Positions 47,723-61,369 of a stretch of DNA of 64,000 nucleotides are shown one piece after another. Source of the stretch: Octopus sinensis (lineage: Eukaryota). Position numbers and translations under genes: made by a program. How positions within the stretch are numbered: the first letter of the stretch is position 1; every line of letters starts with the position of its first letter. The notes under the pieces are model-generated. The model was not told the origin of the DNA. It saw nothing but the letters and a program-made list of their open reading frames with translations, and did not search any database. The stretch lies in NCBI RefSeq assembly GCF_006345805.1, contig NC_043005.1, positions 13,516,001 through 13,580,000 on the forward strand. Direction: 5' to 3'.

Positions 47723-48136
47723 AGGCGGCGAGCTGGCAGAATCGTTGGCACGCCAGGCGCAATGCTTAGCGGTATTTCGTCTGCCGTTACGTTCTGAGTT
47801 CAAATTCCACCGAGGTCGACTTTGTTTTTCATCCTTTTGAGGTCGATAAATTAAGTACCAGCTACGCACTGGGGTTGATGTAATCGACTTAATACCTATG
47901 TCTGTCCTTGTTTGTCCCCTCTGTGTTTAGCCCCTTGTGGGTAATAAAGAAATAGGTATTTCGTCTGCCGTTACGTTCTGAGTTCAAATTCTGCCGAGGT
48001 CGACTTTGCCTTTCATCCTTTCGAGGTCAATAAATTAAGTACCAGCTACGCACTGGGGTCGATGTAATCAACTTAATCCATTTGTCTTTGTTTGTCCCCT
48101 CTATGTTTAGCCCCTTGTGGCTAGTAAAGAAATAGG
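47723..48136 (+). mobile_element. SINE B, full copy plus tandem partial copy
   Basis: Family match. Confidence 0.85.
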
Positions 48137-48329
48137 AATCCAAATTGCTCTGGCATCAAAATTCCCCAATTTTGATGTAATTGTAACAAAAATCATTTTC
48201 CCAAAACCTGAAGTGAAAAGGTTTCTAGAAAAATCCTTTTGTTTCACAATGAGGATATTAATTTATTTTATCGAATTTGTTTTATACTTTTTATATTCAT
48301 AACTGTATTCTCCATATAAATAGATTCAA

Positions 48330-48855
48330 TAAAACTTTTGAATTCAAAGAATCTATGATTTTCTTCCTTTCAAATCAAGGTGGAATATTCCCATTAAAAC
48401 TTCTGTCAAGTGTAAACATAACAGGCCAGATGTTATTGTTTGGGACAGAGGAGCAAAGGTGTGTACCATCATAGAGGTCAGCTGCCCTACAGATATAAAT
48501 ATCTCTTTGAAAATCAAAGAAAAGATATCTATGGTCAACTGCTTTGAAACCTCCAGCTTCTGTATCCAGACTATGAATTCATATTCTTACCAATAATAAT
48601 TGGAGCACTAGGTTTTGCTGGTAAATGCTTAAAGGAGAATCTGGATAAACTGGGATTTTCAGAAAGAGAAATTGACTGGCTGATTCATACATTACAAGTG
48701 CAATCTGTGAGTGGAACAGTAAAAATATGCAAGACTTTTCTCAAGTTCCAAATGTGAATTTGTCTGTGTTAATTACAACCCAAAGATGGAGCCTTGTATC
48801 TTTGTTGGAAACCAGCTCCCTCTGCAGTGGAAGATTTATAATAATTAAAGAGACA
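48330..48855 (+). mobile_element. Non-LTR retrotransposon 3' end with restriction-like endonuclease (R2 superfamily)
   Basis: WNIPIKTSVKCKHNRPDVIVWDRGAKVCTIIEVSCPTD..KEK..YPDYEFIFLPIIIGALG..KICKTFLKFQM*; followed by a 3'UTR and (ACAT)n. Confidence 0.8.
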
Positions 48856-49650
48856 TACATACATGCATACATACATACATGCACGCATGCATGCATACAT
48901 ACATACATGCACACATACATACATACATACATGCACACATACATATCTCCATACACACACACATACATACATGCAACACACATACATACATATATGCATG
49001 CATCCATCCATCCATACTTACATACATGCATCCAAAGATGGCCAAAGATGTTGGAGTGTGCTTTGAGGGAGATTTGGCTGCTATTTCAAGCAAGTCAAAC
49101 TACTGCAATGCAACTGTATGTGTGTGTGTGCATGCATGTGTGTGTATATGCGAGCGTGTGTATGTGTATGCGCTAGAGTGCACAGGTGTGTGTGTGTGTA
49201 TGTATGTGTGCATGTGTGTGTATGCGTGTGTGTATGTGTGTGTGTATGTGTGTGTGTATGTGCGAGCGTGTGAGTATGTGATGTCTGTGTATGTAATATG
49301 TTTGCATGTGTGTGTACGTGTATGTTCGAGCGTGCAAGTGTGTGGGGGTATGTGATGTCTGTGCATGTGTATGTGATGTGTGTGTGTGTATGTGCAAGCG
49401 TGCATGTATATGTGCATGCGTGTGTATGTGATATGCGTGCGTGTGTGCATGTGTATGTGATATGTGTGCATGTGTATGTGTGCGAGCGTGCGTGTGTGTA
49501 TCTGTATGTGATGTGTACGTACGTGTATGTGTGTATGGATGTGCGTGTGTTTTTATATGTGTCTGCGAGCGTGCATGTATATGTGATGTGTGTGTGATAT
49601 CAGTGTGTGTGTGCATGCGTGCGTATGTGTGTGTGTGTGTGGGGGGGGGG
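48855..49650. repeat. (ACAT)n and (TG)n-rich compound microsatellite
   Basis: Directly visible. Confidence 0.9.
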
Positions 49651-49766
49651 AAGAGATTTGGGTGTAGAGAATATCTGTTTAATGTCGGACCTGAAATAAT
49701 CGCTGAATCAGTGAATCTGTATAAGAGAGTGCGATACAAAATAAATTGCATACACGACAACGCTAG

Positions 49767-50190
49767 GACCTTTTCGGTTTGAACGGCAGTTTTTTTCTAG
49801 CGGTGTCATATGAAATTGTCACCCATAATTATGACCCTAGTATCGATCTATTGCATTTCAATCTGTTTTAGGGTTAGGGTTAGGGGTGTGGGGCAAGGGT
49901 ATCTTTTTTTCTTCACAAATGTAAATAAACCCAATCTGTTTCTTAATCGAGGGACATATTCATACGGCGCAGAATGTTTTTTTTTACCTCAATGGACGTC
50001 AGTGATTGGTTGAAATTGCAGAAATTGAAGAAAAAATCAACAACAAATATCTTACAAACTATAGAATTTTCTCAATAAAGCCCAGAGAAAAAGATGTTTT
50101 ATAAACACATTCTACCAGTATACGAAGTTTAAAATTTTTTAGTTACCTAGAAATTATGTTAAAAACTGCCATTCAAACCGAAAAGGTCCA
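49767..50190. mobile_element. MITE, same family as 27927-28341
   Basis: GGACCTTTTCGGTTTGAACGGCAG...CTGCCATTCAAACCGAAAAGGTCC. Confidence 0.8.
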
Positions 50191-51414
50191 GTCAGTCGTA
50201 ATCCATCGCGCTCTTTTTTATTTGTTTTGTTTTTTCGGACATTGCGTATATAAAATTACATTATTCCGCGTGTCATTTTACCCTTTTCAAGACGTTATAG
50301 CGTAATTCGAGACATTCGGCTGCTATTTCTAGCAAAAAGGGCAACCGCGTAACGGTAACGCTTACCGAGTTGGCTTCTGAATGCGCACGCGCGAACGTAT
50401 GGATGGATGGATGGATGTGTTTATTATTGTTGTTTACACCCAGGTCAACTTCTAATATACCCATGCCGTGACACTTGTTTATTTAAACTTTATATTTCCC
50501 TCCCGGGCCAGCTGTGGATTTTATTTTTATGTCAGATCCCACGATCGCGTGATAGATCCCTTAAAAGTGCAAGTGTGCATGTGTGTGTGTGCGTGTGTGT
50601 GTGTGTTGTGTGTGTGTGTGTGTGTGAGTGTTCGTACGGTTGTAAAAAAATGTGTTGATTTTCACATGTTTAGTTGTGGGTTCTATGTGTTTATGAGCAG
50701 TGTGATTCGTGTTTTGTAATCGGATATTCATGTTTATCAAAATTTAAGTCAGTTTCTCTCTCACCCACACGCATCTAGATGTACATATGACTACATTTAT
50801 ACTTTCAGACACACATGCATACATGTGAGACGAAGGCTTGTATTTAGGAAGATCATTTGTCCCCGAAACTCACGTATCGGTTTTACTATTATTTGTCAAC
50901 AAGTTAATTGATAAACCTGTTAACTAATTAACCACTTTAATAATAATGATAGCAACAGCAAAAAGTGAAATAGAGTTAGTGCGTGTGCTTTTTTAATCGA
51001 GGAAGTGACCCTCCCACAAGCTTCCATACACGAATTTGCATTAGGAATCTTCTAAAACAAATACAGACACGAAAAGGGAAATGCATTTTATGTAAATTTA
51101 TCCTGTAGAAATACTTAAAAACATCATTATTTGTTGGGATACGAGACTGTGTGACGCGCATGTCTTTCTCATATTGTAGAGACAAAATTCAATCGGTAAA
51201 GGCTACAATTTGGATTATATAATGTTTTATTACATTTTATAACACATGGAAAGAAGCAAAAATGAATTGAAAAAAAATTTGGCCATCAACCCATTGTATG
51301 AGTGAGAGGTGGGGTATCGTATACGATACGATCGGAAGGTACCCAAATCGTAGAGAAGCCCGTTAGACAGCTGAAGTTGGGACCGTTCCTCACGCCAAAT
51401 ATAGTAATTATGAA

Positions 51415-51445
<31 letters not shown>

Positions 51446-51495
51446 ACCCACATGGCAAAACGTACCAGGAACTATGATGTAATTATTAATATGTA

Positions 51496-51533
<38 letters not shown>

Positions 51534-52461
51534 TAGCCTCCGTTAACTTCCTCGTAGGAATTTTTGCAGGAGATTACAGAAGTGGTTTTCTCTTGTTTTT
51601 GGTGGGTATATTTTACAAGATATCATGCAACCGATTTAATATAATCATATCCGTTACACCTGCCTAGGCATTACGGACATAAAGAAGCGGACCAATACCG
51701 CAAGGTTCAAACGGTTCTACTAATTTACCGCCCTATGCATAATAGCATATACTAATTTCCCAGACTTTGTGTACGCGCGCGTGGATGAGTGAGTGTGTGC
51801 GTATGTTCTCCAGGGACCGCATTCATTCATTATGAACCAACGAAAAGACTTGAGTAATCATTCGATCCGTTAGAAATAGCAACCAAACTGTCTCCAAATT
51901 ACACCCGAGAATCTCAAAATTAAAAGACGAACGGGCATGTGAAAATACACATCACATGCTTGCTTAATCCTCCTTAGAAAACTGTGTGTAGGAGGATAAA
52001 ATGTGGAATGGTCATGGCTGGACCGTCAGTAAATTAACTGTTGTTTAGTCCCAGTAAGTTACTGGGACTAAATAACAATAACTACAATTACTAATTAGTT
52101 ACTGGGACTAATTCCACAATAACTACAATATTTCGTTAACAAAAACAAACGAGTAATTCCCTCTATTTATTCGCTGGAGTTTACTGAAACAGAGCGAAAT
52201 ACCATGGAAACCGTACCCCTCTGGCTTAAAATAGAAACATACAAATAGATAATGTAACTCTAAGTACACTGTGTCGGCACAAAAGGTTGGAGGACCACAA
52301 CTGGAATGCTCCTGAACAAAGTTTTGTTCGATCAAAGGTGACTCGGGACTACACAACACATTCCTTAAATCCGAAATGTAATATAAAGAAGGGATAAATG
52401 AAATAAAAATTGAAACAACACATCGTCGAAATTTAGAGAAGAGATAGATATAAAAACAAAC

Positions 52462-52555
52462 CTTCAGCTTTAAGGAGGCCCCTGAGTTGAGATTCCGTTT
52501 CTGTAATGTCGAGGTAATTAGAACCATCATCTTCTACACCAGACAGCATTGTCAT
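52462..52555 (-). CDS. Candidate first coding exon (MTMLSGVEDDGSNYLDITETESQLRGLLKAE, phase 1); parent gene unresolved
   Basis: ATG after a CT-rich leader, protein-like composition, donor GAAG|gtttgt. Phase-compatible with GLUT exon 2; no other matching exons found. Confidence 0.35.
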
Positions 52556-53479
52556 GGAGAGACAGACAGAGAAAGTGAGTGAGAGAAGAGAGAAACTGCA
52601 AGCTGAGGTGGATGCTTGATAAAGTGTGTGAAAGGAATGTTACAGTTTCCTTGTAGACGTTTTTCTCACTCTTTAAATTCCTCTAGTCCAACAGTTTACC
52701 GATTCCATTGTCGTCATCCTCGCCCACTTTTCTTACTTCCATCGTTGCATCTAGACGTTGCGTATTAGTAGTGACTGGGTGAGAGAAGGAGAGGAAAAAG
52801 AGAGATAGGGGAAAGGCATTAATGAAAGTGAGGGAGAGTTGTTACTGCAAGCCGACGTGTTGCTGTGGTTCGAGAGAGGTTACTACTGTCACTAGGAGCA
52901 GTATTTATGAGGTCTCCCGACTTGCTAAAAATAGCAGCTACATTTCCCTCGAATAACCTGACCCACCGTTCTGTAAAATACGAGAAGGTTTCATTAGGCA
53001 ATATATTCCTAGATATCTCTAAAAACGGTTGGTCACGACTAGAAAGCCTTTAATCAGAGTCTGACCAGGGCTAAACAAAAATTGTCAGTTTTATGTCAAT
53101 ACTCTTGTTTACATGCAGAAACACATATACTGAAGAAATGATTCCGCACTAAAGAAGTGTCTTCATAATACGCATGTAATCTCACAGGTCACAGATGGAG
53201 TGCGAAGGCCATGGGCACTGCCTTTTCCACACCAAACAAGTGTCTGTATTCACACACACGCCATTGACATCAGTTTAATTACAGCGTTGGTTAAATCAGT
53301 CAATACAAAGTGAGTATTGATCTTCGAATCGAAATGTATACAACGTTGAACTGAGAAGAAATTTCAAACGGAAGTATGTATTGAGTATTACAAAGAATAT
53401 ACGTAAAACATTCACAGAAATGGATATTATGAAAACGTATACCCGTTAATTAGGATGGGTTTAATTTTTGCATAAAGGT

Positions 53480-54328
<849 letters not shown>

Positions 54329-54564
54329 TAAATTAGAGATAAAACCACTATTAGGCAACTCAAGCAGTGATAGACATAAACCAAAACATAAAAAACAAAA
54401 TATAAATATAATTAATATAATATATATATATATAAAATTTAAAATTTAAATTATTAAAATTTTAAAATTGTATTTCTAAATTTTTTAATTTTTAAACTTA
54501 AACTTTAAAAAAACAAATAACTAACCAAAAAGTATAAAAAAGTTAAATATAATATAATAAGTAA

Positions 54565-54660
54565 AAACACTACGTACGTTTCATGGCTATAATTCAATTC
54601 GAATTACAATTACAATTCAATTGAAAATTCGAATTAAAATTATAATCAGTCTTCAGGTTA
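54565..54660 (-). ncRNA. Hammerhead-like motif with AT-rich stem II
   Basis: Minus strand CTGAAGA..TATAATT...AATTATA..GAAA-CGTACG-TA; palindromic stem III ACGTACGT; weak stem I. Confidence 0.45.
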
Positions 54661-54768
54661 ATGATAATATATATATATATTCAGGCCCCACTATGTGGTG
54701 ACTGCGTGTGTATCGTTGCGATTATTTTTCTTCCTCCGTCTTCCCTTCCTTGGATCTTTCCTTTTCCT

Positions 54769-54807
54769 ATGTTTCTGACGAAGAGCTCCGCTCGAAACGT
54801 TAAATCC
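54769..54807 (+). ncRNA. Minimal hammerhead-like motif (family 2, copy 2)
   Basis: Same motif as 35221-35259, inside repeat 54690-54905. Confidence 0.55.
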
Positions 54808-54911
54808 TCCTTCTTTCTTTCTTTCTTTTCCTGAGCGTCCAAATAACACTATACTTGTTCCACGTCCTCGCGTTGTGTTTTCTCTTTGTGTTTTCATGTT
54901 TGGATTTACTT

Positions 54912-54965
<54 letters not shown>

Positions 54966-55478
54966 CGTGTGTATCCTCTTCAGTCTATCATCGATTAGAT
55001 ACCTTTACACGAATATTTCGATTGATTAGAGAAATAAATAGGTAATTGCTAATGTATTACATTTGTGGGAGTGCTTATACATATCTTTTATTTTCACATA
55101 ATTATACATGACAGATGGTTATTTGTGAAAAAGAGTTTTCAGTTGTTAATATTACTTTATATATATATATATACATATTAGAGGGAAACCACCATGTGGA
55201 CACCCTTATGCTAGAAATAGATCCGCTATGGTCTTACCACTAAGAAATGTTCTCAAGAAAAATTTAGCAAAACAACCAAAACGTAATCGAGCAAGACAAA
55301 AGAAAAAGCAATAAAAATATGGATTATTCGCATACATATTTCACTATCAACATATTACGTAATTTTACATACATAAATGTCCGTAGATCATCGGTGCGAC
55401 CGTCTGCAGTATGTATGTATGTATGTATGTATGTATGTATGTATGTATGTATGTATGTATTTATGTATGTATGTGTAT

Positions 55479-55527
<49 letters not shown>

Positions 55528-55649
55528 ATATATATATGATGGATTCTCCCATCGAAGATGAAGTATAATTGTTCAGCTTTTGCCAAACGACCTGCACAAA
55601 GAATTTGTTTATAGCAGTGCTCTGCAACCATTTTTCACTTGCGGTATAC

Positions 55650-55864
55650 TCTCTTTTACTTGTTTCAGTCATTTGACTGTGGCCATGCTGGAGCACCGCC
55701 TTTAGTCGAGCAAATCGACCCCATGACTTATTCTTTGTAAGCCTAGTACTTATTCTATCGGGATCTTTTGCCGAATCGCTAAGTTACGGGGACGTAAACA
55801 CACCAGCATCGGTTGTCAAGCGATGCTGGGGTGACAAGCACAAACACACAAACATTTACACACG

Positions 55865-55898
<34 letters not shown>

Positions 55899-55996
55899 TA
55901 TGCGACGGGCTTCTTTCAGTTTCCATCTACCAAATCTACTCACAGCCCGAGGGTATAGTAGAAGACACTTGCCCAAGGTGCCACGCAGTGGGACTG
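55650..55996 (-). mobile_element. SINE A (head truncated)
   Basis: Family match. Confidence 0.8.
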
Positions 55997-56529
55997 ATAT
56001 TCTTTTCAAAATTTGGTGGCACACCTGAACTAGAAATATAACTAAAAGTGTAGGGAGAAAAATTATATTCAGGTTATACTGCGGCACACCTAACATCGTC
56101 TCTTGGTTCACCAGTGTGCCGCGGTATACCGTTTGCGGAGCATTGGCTTATAGTGACCAGATGTTCGTGCCGCAAATTAGTTCGATCACTCCCGCCATCA
56201 AATCGACCATGTCTGAACTGGGGGGCGGGGCGCTGTGTATCACGTGTCAGGTGTCGAAGCGGCCGCAGAGAAACGTGAGATGAAGTGTTTTGATCAAGAA
56301 TACAATGCATCACCCGTTCTAAGAATTGAAACTACGATCTAGCGATCGTCAGTGCAACACCCTAACCACTAAGCCATGCACCCTCGCACGCACGCACACA
56401 CACACACATCTATATATATATGTACACGCGCGCGCAAATTGTATACATATAGACTATGCGCATGTATACACCTATGACAAGTATAACAATGTGTATGGCG
56501 CGCGCGTGTTTTGTGTGTGTGTGAGTGTA

Positions 56530-57046
56530 TACCGTAAATCTTCGAGTATAGTCCGCCCTTGAGTATAATACGCAGGGGATTTTTAGGGGGATAAACCTAA
56601 ACCTTGTGTATCATACACACCCCTTTTCTAACTTGAGTCGTGCGTAATTAAGCCTGCAGCACCTAGTCGAACAAACACTTCTACGCATGCGTAATACAAT
56701 AATGGTGATGTTCTTAACTGTTATATGGGAATGTAAATACGTTTGCAAATAGTTTTTGTTACATGTTGTTCTGTGTTCTGAATACTTTTATTTTAATAAA
56801 TGTTGCTTACTGCAAGTTATGGATGATTCTTTTATGACTTCATTGCTTTCAGGCTTAGCTTAAGGTATTTTCGCGCCCGACATCACAAAAATGCGTCTGA
56901 ATAAACATTGCTGGGCAGCAAATAGAGACTCGGACGTTGCTTAGAAAATATTTTTCATTTTTAACCTCGTATATAATACGCACTAGGGATTTTGACCTTT
57001 AAATTTTTGGGGAAAAAATGCGGATTATACTCGTGGATTTACGGTA
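56530..57046. mobile_element. Tc1/pogo-type MITE
   Basis: TA-CCGTAAATCTTCGAGTATAGTCCGC...GCGGATTATACTCGTGGATTTACGG-TA. Confidence 0.8.
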
Positions 57047-58096
57047 TTCTTTGTACGTAAGTTAACTGAATTACGTATCATTTGAACTGGAGATTTTCAA
57101 GTGGTTTTTGAATCGAAATGTATATAACATTAAATTGAGAGGAAATTTCAAACGGAAGTATATATTGAATACTATAAACAATGTAAATAACACATACACA
57201 CAAATGGTTATTATGTAAACATCAATCTAAGAGAAAAAAGATGCGTACATATTTGTATGTGTGTGTAGGACGTATGCATATAGCATACTATATACATATA
57301 GACTCCTTCGCTCCAAGGAGCGTTGATTTATCATGGCAGCTATTTGTGGACATTGTCACAAACATATGTCTACACAACACCCCCTATGGTCCATGGACAA
57401 GACAAAATACGGACTAACACGTCCCAGAAAATCTCTCATACAAAAAATAAAGAGAACGAATAAAAAAAATCAACGGGCTAAAATATTGCCAGCTGCAACA
57501 CTCCCACATGATATAGACTCGGTTTCTTTATTAGCCATAAGGGCCCCAACATAGAGGGGGACAAACAAGGACAGACAGGACACCACAGAGGGGACAACAC
57601 ATAGAACGAATATGATGAGATGATTATACAATAATGGGGTTATGAACGGCTGCATGCGCCCCTCATCACATGCATTACCGTTAATGTTTTTAAACTGTCT
57701 GTTTTTATAATGTGTTTATATAACAATTGATTATCGTAGACTCGCCAAAATCAAGGAAACGTCATCCCCCAAACTGTTTGAAAAATGTTATTGACGATCA
57801 AAGAAAAGCTGAAGAGAAATGGACCATTGATAAAATAAGAGCCAATCCGAAAGTGTTCTTCTCATTCGCTAAAAAACATAAGGTTGCAGTCTCGTCTATT
57901 GGACCTCTCATTGCTGAAAACAACACACTGCAAAGTGGTGCAGAGAACATGGTCGAGATTCTGCAGAAGCAATGCTGCTCCTATTTTAGCAACCCGGATT
58001 TGATTAATCTGAACAGCATTGACTAATCAAACCCAGTGCACACCCTGTGTGATATGACATTTGGTGTCCCAGATATCATAGTAGCTATATGTAAAA

Positions 58097-58477
58097 CTAG
58101 CAGTATCACCCGGCGTTGCTCGGGTTTGTAAGGGAAATAACTATAAAGCATTTTTAGAGAGTTATAGCCCAAAAATAGCAAAAAAATGGAAAAAAATGAT
58201 GGTAAATTTTTTTTGAGAGTTAAAAGGTCGAGTTGCGTCCCCTAGACAGTCTGTGGTTTGTGTTCTGATTCTCGACCCCATGTCGAATTTATCGATTTTT
58301 TTCAGAACTGGGGGAACTTTTCAAAATTTTCGCTGCGTTAGTTTTGAATTATGACATTGGGCTATGTGTGTATCAAGTTTCATCAGAATCGGTTGAAAGC
58401 CGTGGTCAGGGTGAGGGTACAACCTAACAGACACACAGACACACACACAGACAAACTGCCGTTTATATAGAGAGAGA
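58097..58477 (-). mobile_element. Non-autonomous Helitron (H1 3' end, different 5' body)
   Basis: TC...hairpin-CTAG; removing it restores the LINE frame AICK|ITNISAAGPD. Confidence 0.85.
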
Positions 58478-59131
58478 TAACAAACATTTCAGCTGCAGGT
58501 CCTGACAGATTCCTCGCTTAAAGTCCTGAAGGAATGCCGTCACCACCTCGCATCCCCCACTAGCCATTCTCTGGAGGAAATCACTAGACGCTGGCTATAT
58601 TCTTGATGGTTTCCTTTCTCAGTCGATCGTTATAGTTTTCAAAGAGGACAGCAAGTCCCAGGCAGTGAATTACCGACCTATCTCCCTTCTCGTGTCATCA
58701 AATTATTTGAGAGAGTGGTGCCATCGAGAGTGACTTATTTCCTGGAAAGCAACAACCTGTTGGTTCCCAACTAGAATGGTTTCCGCAATGGCAAGGACTG
58801 CCTTACACACCTCCTGCATCATTTCGACGATATCCTAAAAGCCTTGGGTGAGGGATCCAATGCAGATGTCGTATCTTCACTTCAGCAATGCCTTTGACAT
58901 GGTTGACCACAACATCTTGTTAGAAAAAAAAAACAAACTCTCCAGCATTGGAGTGCAAGGGAAGCTCCTAAAGTGGCTCAAACACTTTCTGATGAACAGA
59001 ACGCAGCATGTAGTGATCAATGGTGTTCGATCAAGCACAGCAAAAGTCATCAGTGGTGTCCCACAAGGCACTGTGTTAGGCTCACTCCTGTTCCTTATCT
59101 ACATAAATGACATCATCAGGGTTATTAGATA

Positions 59132-59529
59132 TCTTTATATATAAAAGTGAGGTTGTGTGCTGTCTGTCTCCTACGATTTAGATTCCTAACTACTCCCACA
59201 TTTTGCGGTGCAGTTTAACCAAAACCGGGTATCTTATAGTCGTGATTCATATCGAGCCCTTCTGGGTATTAGCGCGCGTCTACGATGAGTGTACGATTTT
59301 AAAAAAATTTACCATCATTTTTTCCATTTTAATGCATTTTTTTCGCTATTATATAAGGGAAGTAACTCTCTAAAAATGTCTACGATGAGTCAACGATTTA
59401 AAAAAAAATTTACCATCATTTTTTCCATTTTTAATGCATTTTTTGGCTATTTTTTGGCTATAACTCTCTAAAAATGCTTATATAGTTATTTCCCTTACAA
59501 ACCCGAGCAACGCCGGGCGATACTGCTAG
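59132..59529 (+). mobile_element. Non-autonomous Helitron, family H1
   Basis: A59131|TC...CCCGAGCAACGCCGGG..CTAG|T59530; removing it restores IRVIRYSSIKIFADD. Confidence 0.9.
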
Positions 59530-59950
59530 TAGTAGTATAAAAATTTTCGCGGATGATTCTAAGCTTCTGGAGGTTGTCGACAGGATGGCAGACCGGACAA
59601 ATCTTCAATCTGGGACCTGGTTGCTGTTGTCCAATGGGCGCAGAAACATAACATGCAACTGAACAGGAACACGTTTGAGTTAATCCACTTTGGTAAAAAG
59701 GCTTCACTTAAACAACCATATATTCTTCCTTCAGGTGAACACCTCACGGCATCAAACACCGCTAGGGACCTCTGTGTAACTGTCGACGATAACTTAAATT
59801 GGAGTGTCCACATAAACAAGGAAGTCGACATGGGTCGCAGGGCGTGCTCCTGGATCCTCAGGACTTTCCAGTCTATATGTTTATTACTATACGTGTTTGA
59901 TTTTTGGAAATATATTTCAGTTTTGTCATGAAATCCAGTCATGAGGGAAA

Positions 59951-60593
59951 TCTTTCAATAAAAGTTTATTATGTCACGAGCTGAACAGTCACACACTGAT
60001 TCACTCACTCACTCATTCACTCACTCATTCACTCACTCATTCACTCACTCACTCACTCACTCACTCACTCACTCATTCACTCACTCACTCACTCACTCAC
60101 TCACTCACTCACTCACTCACTCACTCATCACTCACTCACTCACTCACTCATTCATTCACTCACTTAATCACTCACTCATTCACTCACTCACTCATTCACT
60201 CACTCACTCACTCACTCATTCACTCACTCACTCATTCACTCACTCACTCATTCACTCATTCACTCGCTCGTTCATTCACTCACTCACTCATTCACTCACT
60301 CACTCACTCACTCATTCACTCACTCACTCATTCATTCACTCACTCACTCACTCACTCACTCACTCACTCGCTCACTCACTCACTCACTCACTCACTCACT
60401 CACTCACTCATTCACTCACTCATTCACTCACTCATTCACTCACTCACTCACTCACTCACTCATTCACTCACTCACTCACTCATTCACTCACTCATTCATT
60501 CACTCACTCACTTAATCACTCACTCACTCACTCATCACTAACGTCACATACTAATACCGAGACATTACCCACGAAAGGTTTCGGTTGGCCTAG
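59951..60593 (+). mobile_element. Non-autonomous Helitron H2 carrying a ~540-bp (TCAC)n array
   Basis: A|TCTTTCAATAAAAG at 5'; imperfect hairpin CCACGAAAGGTTTCGGTTGG then CTAG|T at 3'. Confidence 0.75.
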
Positions 60594-61369
60594 TGGTAAC
60601 TGGAAGATACCAGGTCAAGATGTCACTTAGTGAGTTTGAACTCCGGAACTCCGGTTGGGAAGCAAACTTTTTACCACACAGTCACATCCGCAGTATGTAA
60701 TTTCCTGGGTCTATTCTGAGACTGCGTCTCTCTCGTATCAACTATTAGTAGCTATGGGCGAGATGTAAGTTGCAAGGACGTAAATACTGATCTCAGCTCA
60801 AAAGTTGTAGTTTAATCTTAGGCGAGCCCTGTTGACCTATGATTGACAACGTTTACAAATCCTTCCACGTGTATGTTCTTCCCAGATTTAAGACAATAGC
60901 GTATAATTAGGAGCTGAGAAATGAATGGAATACTTGGTGTGTGTCTTGTTGTAGCTACCTCCTCCTAAAAAAAAATGAGAAATGGGCCTGGGTGTAATTC
61001 CTGCCCTTCCAACTGTGTGGAGTTAGCTAGAATAGATATAGACTCCTGTGTAGGTGTAGTGAGAATGCAATGAACTGTGTGTATGTATATTTATGTTGTT
61101 TGCGTATACATGTTTATACGAAAATATACATGCTGTTTATGTATGAATTTTTTATACGTAACTATTTTGGCTAGCTTTTCAGTACCAAACTACATCATGT
61201 CGTTGTCGTCAACTTATTCTCAACTCGCTGGCGAAAATTATTATTTGTCTACCGTATCTGTCACAGAAGTTGAATAAAGCCTTATTTCCTATACAGCAAT
61301 TCTGTTCTCTTTACAAACGCTCGTCAGTCTGAAATTGTCCGTTCTGTACTTTGGTATTTACATTTCAGT

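Larger units (their letters stand above)
57730..59870 (+). mobile_element. CR1/L2-like LINE reverse transcriptase remnant interrupted by two Helitrons
   Basis: SAAGPD, NYRPISL, AFDMVDHNILL, SGVPQGTVLGSLLFLIYINDI, KIFADDSKL; frameshifts. Confidence 0.88.

Noticed and set aside
50825-50882. GAGACGA...CCGAAACTCACGTATCGG hammerhead-like remnant
   Set aside because: 5' core and stem I are too degenerate to distinguish from chance.
59971-60630. 219-aa (HSLT)n ORF
   Set aside because: Translation of the (TCAC)n array inside a Helitron.
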